From an uncultured delta proteobacterium (GTDB lineage: Bacteria > Desulfobacterota > Syntrophia > Syntrophales > Fen-1087), in assembly GCA_963754515.1 (NCBI GenBank), contig CAVWGC010000001.1, forward strand, positions 456 through 64,455: a stretch of 64,000 nucleotides of DNA, written 5' to 3'. Within the stretch, counting starts at the first letter, position 1. The number at the start of each line of letters is the position of its first letter. A model generated the notes under the pieces. That model was not told where the DNA came from and made no database searches. It saw only the letters and a list, made by a program, of their open reading frames with translations. This document shows positions 51,938-60,731 of this stretch, piece by piece. Made by a program: the position numbers and the translations under genes.

Positions 51938-52609
51938 ATGTTTGAATACGAAGCGATTGCCCGACAGCCTATCTTTTATCTCTTCATCGCCTTCTCGGCC
52001 CTGTTGAGTTTCGGCTACTTCTGGGGAAAGCGCACCAACGAGCGTCTGTTCCGCTCTGCCTTTGAAGAACTCGTTTCTGTGTTCAAACCCGTGGACCAGA
52101 CCTTTACGAACATCGGCGGCCTCATCGGCTATCACGCGAGCCTGGTGATGCCGAAGAAAGGTGCCGTCGAGGCGGTCAACGCCACGATCACCTTTCTGCC
52201 GAGACACTCCTGGCTCTGGATGCCCGTCTCCAAGCTCATCCGGAAATACGACCGCCTCTTTATCACGGTGCAACTGCGCCAGACGCCCATCGCAGAAGGT
52301 CATCTCATCGAGGCAGCCTACGCCCGCTTCCGGGGACCGAAAATCACGAACGCCGCGAACCTCCAACATGAACAAATCGCCTGGGGAAACCGGAATTTCA
52401 TCCTCTATTACGGCAGCAACCGCATCCGGGATCGGTTGCGGTCCTTTGTCGCGGCTAATCCTGATCCGGGAACCCTGCGGCACATTGCCATCGTCCCGGA
52501 ACAGAACAAATGCTTCATCTTCATGATCCCGTTGAAAGGCCAGGTCGCCCGGAGCCTGTCACCCGTTTACCAGTTGATTTCGACACTCATGAAACAGGAG
52601 GACAAATAA
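51938..52609 (+). CDS. Signal-anchored hypothetical protein with motif order resembling eukaryotic CCDC47/DUF1682 (unverified)
   Basis: The ATG at 51938 follows GAGGG. TM IFYLFIAFSALLSFG, then YFWGKRTNERL, ATITFLPRHSWL, YDRLFITVQL, RHIAIVPEQ and KCFIFMIPL. The upstream part of track ORF 51860.. is repeat DNA. Confidence 0.55.
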   Translation: MFEYEAIARQPIFYLFIAFSALLSFGYFWGKRTNERLFRSAFEELVSVFKPVDQTFTNIGGLIGYHASLVMPKKGAVEAVNATITFLPRHSWLWMPVSKLIRKYDRLFITVQLRQTPIAEGHLIEAAYARFRGPKITNAANLQHEQIAWGNRNFILYYGSNRIRDRLRSFVAANPDPGTLRHIAIVPEQNKCFIFMIPLKGQVARSLSPVYQLISTLMKQEDK

Positions 52610-52691
52610 CCGGACTAAAAAAGGTACGCTGTCTCATCAGCGGCGGCGGACGTTTTGCAACAATAAATAACTAAAACAAGGAGGTCAAATC

Positions 52692-53210
52692 ATGGCGAAG
52701 CGAGAGAAATTGGACGTTTTTGATTTTGCAATTAACGCGGAAAAGAACGGCATGGACTTCTACATGAAGGCGGCGAAAAAATTTGCCGACAAGGACTTGA
52801 AAAACCTGTTTGTCAAGCTGGCTCGGGAAGAGTCCGTTCATCTTCAGATTTTCATGGAATTCAAAGCCAAGGCGGAAGGCAAGGGGATCGACCAGACCCT
52901 GCGGAATCCGGAAATAGACGAATACATCGAATCGATTGTCCAGGAAGGGCTTTTCCCCAGAAGTGAAACGGTGAACAAACGGCTGGATCAGGTCGAGACC
53001 GTGGCGCAGGCCGCCGCCATCGCCATGGCGGCGGAAAAGAACGCGATCCTGCTGTATTCCGAACTGGCCAGGCTCGCCAAGGACAAGGACCAGAAAAAGT
53101 TTTTCGAAAAGATCACCAAAGAGGAAAAATCCCACATTGTGATGGTGCGCAACCTGCGGGCGGATCATGACCCCGCGTACGCGGCGCTGGCTTTCGGGAA
53201 ATTCTTTTAG
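52692..53210 (+). CDS. Ferritin-like/rubrerythrin-family diiron protein
   Basis: Two E-x-x-H half-sites (AREESVHLQ and KEEKSHIV) in a four-helix pattern. RBS AAGGAGG. Confidence 0.7.
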   Translation: MAKREKLDVFDFAINAEKNGMDFYMKAAKKFADKDLKNLFVKLAREESVHLQIFMEFKAKAEGKGIDQTLRNPEIDEYIESIVQEGLFPRSETVNKRLDQVETVAQAAAIAMAAEKNAILLYSELARLAKDKDQKKFFEKITKEEKSHIVMVRNLRADHDPAYAALAFGKFF

Positions 53211-53218
53211 CTCTACGC

Positions 53219-53491
53219 TCAGACGAACTCGATGGCCAGATCGGGAAACTCCCTCTGAAACTCTGCCGTTACATCCCGGACGATTGTGGCGATGATGGTT
53301 TCTGCGATGGCGGCGCAGGTGACGCAGTGGGGAAGATGGCGGTAAGCATCGGTGAAGATGTAGAGCCGCTTGTCTTTCTCACTGTAGCGGACCCGCCGGA
53401 CAAGGCCGAGTTGTGCGACGGGAAGGCCGCTTTCGGGGTCTTTGATCTTCTCTAAAACAGCGTCGATTTTCCGGATCATTTCCGGGGACAT
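53219..53491 (-). CDS. DUF59/MIP18-like small protein
   Basis: LEKIKDPESGLPVAQLGLVRRVRY resembles the DUF59 core. Start at MSPEMI after GGGAGGGGAAGG. Confidence 0.5.
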   Translation of the reverse strand: MSPEMIRKIDAVLEKIKDPESGLPVAQLGLVRRVRYSEKDKRLYIFTDAYRHLPHCVTCAAIAETIIATIVRDVTAEFQREFPDLAIEFV

Positions 53492-53719
53492 TTCCTTCCC
53501 CTCCCTGTTATCATCATGTTCAGATTGCATCACAACCCCCACAAATATTCCGGACCAAATTTCCGGAGGAAAGATCATAGCAGCCGAATGTACTACCTCG
53601 CAGCACGCTGCGGGGAATTGATCCCGGAGCGATTAAACATTTTCCGATATTTCCGTTTGAGCCGGCGATGTCTTTCTTCAAGGATCAATCGTGGATTTGT
53701 CTGTGGGTTTGTTATGATT

Positions 53720-54912
53720 TTACCCGTCTCTTTTCCATCCCATTTGCAGGACGCCGGCCGTCATGACGATGATGGTCAGAACGATGACGCTGACGGCATA
53801 GACGATAAAGTCCCTGGAACCTTCAATGCCTGCTGCCAGGAGAAGAGTAGCGAGAACTGCCGTCGCTAAACCGCGGGGAAGCATATAAAAGAAAGCGTTC
53901 TTCTCCTCTTTTCCTTTCCCGGAACGTCGGATCATGAATTCTACACTCAGGTACCTCATGAGAATGATGATGAACACAAAGGCAATGCTCATGGCAATAT
54001 TGCCAGGCGCAAGGGCGTCCGCGGTGATCATCATACCCATGTAAACGAAAAAAATGTGCGGATAAAAAAGGTCACCTCGCCATGAAAGAATTTGATCGTT
54101 TCGTCAATCAATTTACACTGAGATGATCCCTGTAAAAACGAGATATCTCCACAGTTGCCGAGAATGACGCCGAAGATGAGGACGGCCACAGGCCCGCTTC
54201 CCCCTAAGAAATCGACTGCTGCAACAACGATCAACATTACGCCCAAGGTGATCATATATGAATATTTTCGTTCACCCATGAAGTTCAATATCTTATACTA
54301 TGATAATCCGAAGGCCGTTCCGGCAACAATGCCTATGGAGAAAGAGCTGGCAATTGCGTGCAAAGGCTTGTCGATACCGATGTTCTCAAGTTTAACGAAT
54401 TCAATCAAAGAGATAGCCAAAACGACAGCCAGAACGTCACTCATGGTGGATTCGATATAAATGACGGTTTTTGTCTCATCCTTCAACGACATTTTGGCAA
54501 GAACGGGAAGGACAATGGCCGCGCTCGTGCAGCCAAGCACGGTAGCCATCATGAGACTGGGAAGAAGTTCCCAGCCATGAACATAGATGAGAAAGGCTGT
54601 AATGGCGCTTGTCGTTGAAATAAAAGAAATGACGACAAGAATGGTGGCATTCCCGAATTCCTGCAGCAGCATCCTGATTTTGAGGTCCATGCCCCCTTCA
54701 AACAGGATGACAATGAGGGCAAAGGTTCCGAAATATTCAGCAAAGTCGGTCAAATGTCGATGATCGACCACCTTGAATACAGGACCGAGAAGAATGCCGA
54801 TCCCAAGAAGCACCAGAACATCGGGGATCTTGATCTTATCATACACAAGATCACCCAGAAATCCGACAATGATAATACTGCCGACTATGAAAAACAGCAG
54901 CGGCGCGTCCAT
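53720..54912 (-). pseudogene. CPA1-type Na+/H+ exchanger, interrupted by an in-frame TAG and a frameshift in an A7/T7 run
   Basis: Three consecutive ORFs (54298..54912, 54031..54288 and 53720..54040) read as one antiporter. TAG at 54298-54300 (GLS*YKILNF). The frame changes at AAAAAAA 54048-54054 (FFIRTFF|FVYMGMMITAD). Confidence 0.8.
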
Positions 54913-55608
54913 TTATTTTTTCTCCTGAAGCTTTCCGAGCTCATGCCACAGGAGATCAAGGCGATTGACTGCAGATGAAAAATTCACATCCAAATCCGCT
55001 TTAACTTTTCTCAACATCTCATGCAATTCCCCAATGCCGGCTTTTTCATCATCGGAAGCGATGATCAACGCTTTGTCGAACTGCCTGTCGATGATATCCA
55101 GCTCATTTCTGGCGACGGTGATGTTCTTGTCGCCGACCTCCAGGCGTGCTTTAAGGATTTGCCCTTTGATGTTGTTTAACAGGCTGTCAAATGCCGTCAT
55201 GCGGACAAAGGCCTTCGCTTCCGCGCTGAGTTTTTTTGAAGTCTCAATCTGTTCCTTCAGGCCTTCTTCTATCCTGGTTTGTTGCTTTCCCGTCTCATCG
55301 CCAATGTGTTTTATTTCTCCGGTAATTTTGCCCTCCAGGGCATCAATGCGTGCAGTCTGTTTGTTCAGCGCTTTTACAATCGTGTTTGCATCTGACCCGA
55401 TTTTCAGCTGGCCCGCTTTGATCTCTTTCTCTTCGGATGCGATATAGGACTCCACTTTCTGCAGACGTTCTTCAGTTTGTTGAAGCTGTGAACGCAAGCC
55501 GGCGGTTTGTTCCTGTATCATGACAGGTAAAAGAAAATATGCACCGGCTCCGGCAGCAACGATTAAAACACCGGCCACTAAAACACAAATGACAATATTT
55601 GTTTTCAT
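54913..55608 (-). CDS. Membrane-anchored coiled-coil hypothetical protein
   Basis: N-terminal TM (IVICVLVAGVLIVAAGAGAYFLL), then about 200 aa of heptad-like, E/K/Q-rich sequence. Its stop abuts the antiporter start (TAAATG). Confidence 0.6.
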   Translation of the reverse strand: MKTNIVICVLVAGVLIVAAGAGAYFLLPVMIQEQTAGLRSQLQQTEERLQKVESYIASEEKEIKAGQLKIGSDANTIVKALNKQTARIDALEGKITGEIKHIGDETGKQQTRIEEGLKEQIETSKKLSAEAKAFVRMTAFDSLLNNIKGQILKARLEVGDKNITVARNELDIIDRQFDKALIIASDDEKAGIGELHEMLRKVKADLDVNFSSAVNRLDLLWHELGKLQEKK

Positions 55609-55736
55609 TTCATCCTCCTTTTTCCCAATAAATGGCCCGTACCGTGCGTACCCATTTCCCGGCTGAGCTTGACCTCGGTATCAAGTTTTCTCATAGAATT
55701 CTCTGCTAAAAACACCGCTTCGATTATGTAAATCCT

Positions 55737-56945
55737 CTATTGGTTGTCCAACACCACCGCTTCGTTGAGTCTTTCGGCAAAATCCGGGACGGCCGCGGCG
55801 ACCCTGACCCAGGCCGCCATAAGCGGAATGCCGACGGGATCATTGACAAATTCCTCAACTGCCTTTTTCAGGGAGCCGACAAAGGCATCCACCGCCTCGA
55901 TTTCGCTGTGGCGGTCGTAGGTCAGCCCGTTGATCAGCGCCAGGGCGCTGTATTTCTCGATGGCCATGCGGGATTCCTGAATGTAGGCGGTTATCATGGT
56001 CCGGAAGAAAGCCTCGCTCATAACCAGACCGTCCTGGCTCAATACCCTGAACAGGGCATTGGCAATGTCGGTCGCCATGCGGATCAGTCCTTCATTCGGC
56101 TTGTCTTTCTCCACAATCTGATGTTTATGATCATAGGTCTCGATAATTTCCACCTGGCAGATACGATTGACCGACGTCAACTGATAGACGTCGCTGAGCA
56201 TGGAGACCTCCAGGCCCCAGGTCGGTGATATCCGGATGCCGCGTGCCAGGCTGCTGACAAAGGCGAATTCGCCCGACAGGGCGTAACGGAAATTGTCGAG
56301 ATAGGAGATGAAATTGTTGTGGCCGAGTATCCGCTTGAGGGTTTGAATCAGAGGAGCATAAAAGAGTCTCGTGGCGCGCCCGTAAAGCTTGTCCGTCACC
56401 CGTGCATAGTATCCCTTGCTGAATTCAAAATTAACAGCAGGGTGAACGACGGGATAAATGAGCCGTGCGAGCATTTCCCTCTTGTAGTTCAGGATATCGC
56501 AATCATGAAGGGCCGTCGCATAGACCTCCCGGTTTGAAAGGACGTACCCGAGCGTCATCCAGACCGAGCGCCCCTTGCCCGGCCGGTCCAGTTGAAAGTC
56601 AGATGCCATGAGCTCCTGCAGCAGAGCCTTCATGCGGGGCCCGTCATGCCAGACAACCTTGACCTCCGTGGGCAGGACGGACATGATCTTCTTGACCTGC
56701 CCGAACTGTCGCTTCGTCGCCCGGTCCAGGGACAAAACGATCTGATGCAGATAGGTTACCCCTTTCAATGCCTCGATGATCTTCGGCATGGCCTGGCCGT
56801 CGAATTCCGTCACGAGGGCGGGCAGAAGCAGAATCATCTTCCGTCTCTCTGAAATCTTTTTCAGTTCCCGCTCCAGCTCCTCGACGGGTCTTTCCCTTAA
56901 TTTCTGCAGGGTGGCGATGACCCCGTTCTGATAGAAATCGGACAT
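55737..56945 (-). CDS. GT-A glycosyltransferase resembling glucosyl/mannosyl-3-phosphoglycerate synthases
   Basis: MSDFYQNGVIATL N-terminus, DxD (HDCDIL), and GKGRSVW. My assignment to the GpgS type is from memory of family N-termini. Confidence 0.55.
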   Translation of the reverse strand: MSDFYQNGVIATLQKLRERPVEELERELKKISERRKMILLLPALVTEFDGQAMPKIIEALKGVTYLHQIVLSLDRATKRQFGQVKKIMSVLPTEVKVVWHDGPRMKALLQELMASDFQLDRPGKGRSVWMTLGYVLSNREVYATALHDCDILNYKREMLARLIYPVVHPAVNFEFSKGYYARVTDKLYGRATRLFYAPLIQTLKRILGHNNFISYLDNFRYALSGEFAFVSSLARGIRISPTWGLEVSMLSDVYQLTSVNRICQVEIIETYDHKHQIVEKDKPNEGLIRMATDIANALFRVLSQDGLVMSEAFFRTMITAYIQESRMAIEKYSALALINGLTYDRHSEIEAVDAFVGSLKKAVEEFVNDPVGIPLMAAWVRVAAAVPDFAERLNEAVVLDNQ

Positions 56946-56947
56946 GG

Positions 56948-58204
56948 CTATTCTCCGCTCTTTTTCCAGATCTCGATCAGGTATCCTTTCATGTCCTCGA
57001 AGATCTGGGCCTGTTGCTCAAAATGCCGCTCCGCCTCTTTCCGGTCCTTTTCCCTGAGATCATTGACCAGCGAAGCAACCCTTCCGTAATACAGCGGAAT
57101 CAGGGTATCCAGAACCTTGAAACGCTGCCGGGGTGAAGCATGAAAGGCCCGGGTGTAGCGATAGACAATCCGCACCCATGTCTCAATGGGCATCGTAAAC
57201 TGATCGTTCAGATCGATGCGGGTCAGATCCCGGATGATTTTAAAATCCTTCCTCTCCACGATGTTCTGCCAGACGCCGCTGAAATTGTTGAACCCCAGCT
57301 TGAAATATTCGATGAGGCTCGCCTGATCGATTTCGAAGGGCGGCGCATCCTGACCGATATCATCCCCCAGCGAAGGCACGTCCCTGGACCCCCGGACGTT
57401 CATCCAGAAATCCTGATACTGATCCATGAGCTGGAATGTCGTCCCCACCACCTGGCGGAACATGGGTCCCAGATCTGCAGACGGATCCTTGTGTCCGTGA
57501 ATCTTCGCACCCAATTTTGCCTGGCAGATCCGAAAATTCCCGACGATGGCCGATGTGGTCATCCAGATGTCGATGCCGAACTTCGCCACATCGGTCTCCC
57601 ATACATCCCGATCCAGATAATATTTGACCAGCGCTGGAGAGAGGCCGAAATCGCCGCCGATCGGCTGGCGGATCTTCTGACCGTAGAGCGCCCGGGTCAT
57701 ACTATACGCGATGGTGTTGGTAATGGTCGCATCCAGCTTGTACCGGTTGTAATCCGGGGCGACGTAGTCATAACCTTCGATCACAGGCGCCAGGATGTTG
57801 CGAATCCATTCCGGCGTGATGGACACCAGATCGGAATCGAAAACGGCCACGGCTCTGGCTTTGAGAAAATGGGCGATTTCGAAAACGGCCCGCAGCCCCG
57901 AGCCTTTGCCTGCAGGCCCCCGGTAGATGGTGACGATGCTGTCGATATTGTAGGATTTCGGATCCACCGAACGGGCCAGGTCTCTCGTGTCATCCGTCGA
58001 GCCCCCGTCCGACACCACAATGAGGGCTTTCCGATCGGGATAATAACGGTCGAGCCCCTTGATGACGGTCTTGATGACATGGACGATGGCGTCGCCGCTG
58101 AAATAGGACGGGATACCGATCACGATATCGGCAGTTTTCAACTGTTCAATCTTTGTCCGCACGTGCGGCCTCAAGGCCGTGGAAAATCTATCTGTCATTG
58201 ACAT
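56948..58204 (-). CDS. Second GT-A (family-2-like) glycosyltransferase
   Basis: IVIGIPSYFSGDAI, VVSDGGSTDDT, and DxD (FDSDL). 418 aa. Separated by 2 nt from the downstream GT. Confidence 0.7.
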   Translation of the reverse strand: MSMTDRFSTALRPHVRTKIEQLKTADIVIGIPSYFSGDAIVHVIKTVIKGLDRYYPDRKALIVVSDGGSTDDTRDLARSVDPKSYNIDSIVTIYRGPAGKGSGLRAVFEIAHFLKARAVAVFDSDLVSITPEWIRNILAPVIEGYDYVAPDYNRYKLDATITNTIAYSMTRALYGQKIRQPIGGDFGLSPALVKYYLDRDVWETDVAKFGIDIWMTTSAIVGNFRICQAKLGAKIHGHKDPSADLGPMFRQVVGTTFQLMDQYQDFWMNVRGSRDVPSLGDDIGQDAPPFEIDQASLIEYFKLGFNNFSGVWQNIVERKDFKIIRDLTRIDLNDQFTMPIETWVRIVYRYTRAFHASPRQRFKVLDTLIPLYYGRVASLVNDLREKDRKEAERHFEQQAQIFEDMKGYLIEIWKKSGE

Positions 58205-58209
58205 ATCTG

Positions 58210-59058
58210 TTATCCTATCATTGCTATAGCTGGCGGATCATCCGGTCTGAGTTCATTCAGAATCTTCTCAATTATGCTATTCCATCCCCTGCACCCCGGT
58301 TCATCCGCCCTAAGAAGACCGGATCGCTGGATATTGAGATCTCCCCGGACCGGGTTTGGAATCAGGACAGGAATATCCACCTCCTTCAACATAGGCAGAT
58401 CATTTTCACTGTCGCCAACACCGACGGCCAGCCAATCGCTGCCCGCGTTCCGATGGAAAATATCACGAACCAGGCGCACCGCCGCTCCCTTGTCCTGATG
58501 GGCGTCGATGAGATGATGAAACCTCCCGCCGCTTGTCACCTTCAACCCCAGCGTTGCCGCCATTTCTTTCACAGTAGAAAGATCCGCACCGGAAGTCAGC
58601 AGGAAGGGCTCCGTAAATTCACGGACCCGTGCCATTTCAACCCGGTCAGGGGGAAGACCTGTTGCAGAGGTAATGTCTTCGGCTGACATATCGCCGAACC
58701 CCTTGATCCCGACCTGAAGCCGAGTCCGGATCTGCTCAAAGAAACGGCGGATCCGGTTGTACGGCGCCCCTAACTGGACAACCGTATAACCCGATTTTGG
58801 TCTGCCCCCCGCGATTGTGAAACCCCGATAGCCGGTCGGGAAAAAGACGCCGCCGCCGTTCTCGACGATGAACGGTTCCCGGAGGCCCATTTCCGCCTGC
58901 AAGGATTCAACCTCGCTGCGGGTCTTGCTCGTCGTCATGATCAACGGAATCTCAGCGTGCCTGATTCGCTCCAGAGACGGCCTGGCTTCCTCGAACGAAT
59001 AATCCCCATAGTTGAGCAGGCTGCCGTCCAAGTCTGTAAATATAAGTATTTTCATCAT
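58210..59058 (-). CDS. HAD-IIB phosphatase of the mannosyl-3-phosphoglycerate phosphatase (YedP/MpgP) type
   Basis: Motif I FTDLDGSLL, motif II MTTSKT, and motifs III/IV (K...GDSENDLPML). Confidence 0.75.
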   Translation of the reverse strand: MMKILIFTDLDGSLLNYGDYSFEEARPSLERIRHAEIPLIMTTSKTRSEVESLQAEMGLREPFIVENGGGVFFPTGYRGFTIAGGRPKSGYTVVQLGAPYNRIRRFFEQIRTRLQVGIKGFGDMSAEDITSATGLPPDRVEMARVREFTEPFLLTSGADLSTVKEMAATLGLKVTSGGRFHHLIDAHQDKGAAVRLVRDIFHRNAGSDWLAVGVGDSENDLPMLKEVDIPVLIPNPVRGDLNIQRSGLLRADEPGCRGWNSIIEKILNELRPDDPPAIAMIG

Positions 59059-59282
59059 CAAAACATTGTATTAATAGCATATTTTGAGACCTTTTGAAAG
59101 ACGGATAAAAGTCACGGCTAACGAATCCTTTCCCCGCTTGCCGGATGATGATCAGTAATCGTGAAACATATCAATCTTTTATAGTTATCCCAAGCAAAGG
59201 CAAAACCCTTTCGACGGACCGCTGTTGAACCCTTTTTCATCGGTCAGGCAAAGTTATAAAAGCTTGTATGAAATGGTCCCGG

Positions 59283-60731
59283 TCACTTCCGCCAGAAGCC
59301 CGGTACGAGCAGGACAAGGATGGTGTATATCTCCAGTCTTCCGAGCAGCATGCAGACGATCAATATCCATTTGCCGACCCCCGGCACCGCGGCATAATGA
59401 TCCGTCGGACCCACGATACCCATACCGGGGCCGACGTTCCCGAGACAGGCGGCCACGGAGGAAATGGCGGACATGAAATCGAGGCCGATGAAAGACATCA
59501 GCAGCGTGGCCGCCACATAAATCGCCAGAAAAAGGAAGGAAAACCCCCAGATGCTGCGCATGATCGTCTGCGGCACGGGGATGTGCCCGAGCTTCACGAC
59601 CGTCACGGCGTGGGGGTGAATAATCCGGAACAGCTCCAGGTAACTGTGCTTGAACAACAGAACGAGGCGCACGACCTTGATGCCGCTGCCGGTGGATCCG
59701 GCCATGCTGCCGACAAACATGCACAGAAGCAGGATCAACTGGGAAAAGGCGGGCCATTTCTCGTAATCGGCCGTCACAAAGCCCGTGGTGGTCATGATCG
59801 AGACGACCTGAAAGGAAGCGTAGCGGAATGCGTCGGCAAAGCTGTTGTAAATCGTTCCGTATATGTCCCAGGCCACCACGAGCACAAAAGCGCCGGCGAT
59901 CAACAGGTAGGCGCGCAGTTCCGGATCTGAAAAAAATGTCCCGACCCGGCCTTTCATGAGCTTGTAATGAAGGGCGAAATTAATGCCGGCGATCAGCATG
60001 AACAGGATGACGACATAATCGATGTAGGCGCTCCGATAATGGGCGATGCTTGCATTTTTTGTGGAAAAGCCGCCGGTCGGCATGGTGGTAAAGGCATGAT
60101 TGACGGCATCGAACAGGGACATGCCGCCCAAAAGCAGCAGGATGATCTGCAGCAGGGTCAGGAAAATATAAATCTTCCAGAGCGCCTTCGCCGTATCGGA
60201 AATCCGGGGGGTCAGCTTGTCCACCACGGGGCTGGGCGTTTCGGCCTTGTAGAGCTGCATGCCCCCGACACCCAGATAGGGAAGGATGGCAATGGACAAA
60301 ACGATAATGCCCATTCCGCCCAGCCACTGGGTCTGGCTTCGCCAGAACAGGATGCTCCGGGGCAGGCGTTCGATATCCTTCAGGATGCTGGCGCCCGTGG
60401 TCGTGAAGCCGGAGATGGACTCAAAGTAGGCGTCGGTGAAACCGGGAATGGCGCCGGACAGGACATAAGGAAGCGCCGCCGCCAGACCTGCCACGACCCA
60501 GCCGAAGGTGACGATCATGACCCCGTCCCGGTGGCTCAGGTAAAGGTCCTGCTGGCCTCTGGTCCATAAATATCCGGCGCCGCCCAGGGCGCAGACGATC
60601 AGCATCGCAGAGACAATGGGATAGACGCTGCCGTCGCCGTCATAGATTGAAATGCCGAGAGGGGCCAGCATGGAAAGGCCGAGGAAGAAAACCAGAATCG
60701 CCACCAGGTGGACGATGAGGCGGAAATTCAT
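59283..60731 (-). CDS. trkH: TrkH-family potassium uptake protein
   Basis: 482 aa, multi-TM with repeated pore-loop MPTGG/TTTG-type segments. ATGA overlap with trkA. Confidence 0.9.
   Translation of the reverse strand: MNFRLIVHLVAILVFFLGLSMLAPLGISIYDGDGSVYPIVSAMLIVCALGGAGYLWTRGQQDLYLSHRDGVMIVTFGWVVAGLAAALPYVLSGAIPGFTDAYFESISGFTTTGASILKDIERLPRSILFWRSQTQWLGGMGIIVLSIAILPYLGVGGMQLYKAETPSPVVDKLTPRISDTAKALWKIYIFLTLLQIILLLLGGMSLFDAVNHAFTTMPTGGFSTKNASIAHYRSAYIDYVVILFMLIAGINFALHYKLMKGRVGTFFSDPELRAYLLIAGAFVLVVAWDIYGTIYNSFADAFRYASFQVVSIMTTTGFVTADYEKWPAFSQLILLLCMFVGSMAGSTGSGIKVVRLVLLFKHSYLELFRIIHPHAVTVVKLGHIPVPQTIMRSIWGFSFLFLAIYVAATLLMSFIGLDFMSAISSVAACLGNVGPGMGIVGPTDHYAAVPGVGKWILIVCMLLGRLEIYTILVLLVPGFWRK

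Noticed and set aside
54298-54300. In-frame TAG as pyrrolysine or programmed read-through.
   Set aside because: There are no pylTSBCD genes in the window. The same gene also carries a frameshift. The context fits a simple TGG-to-TAG change. Pseudogenisation or an error is the more economical explanation.
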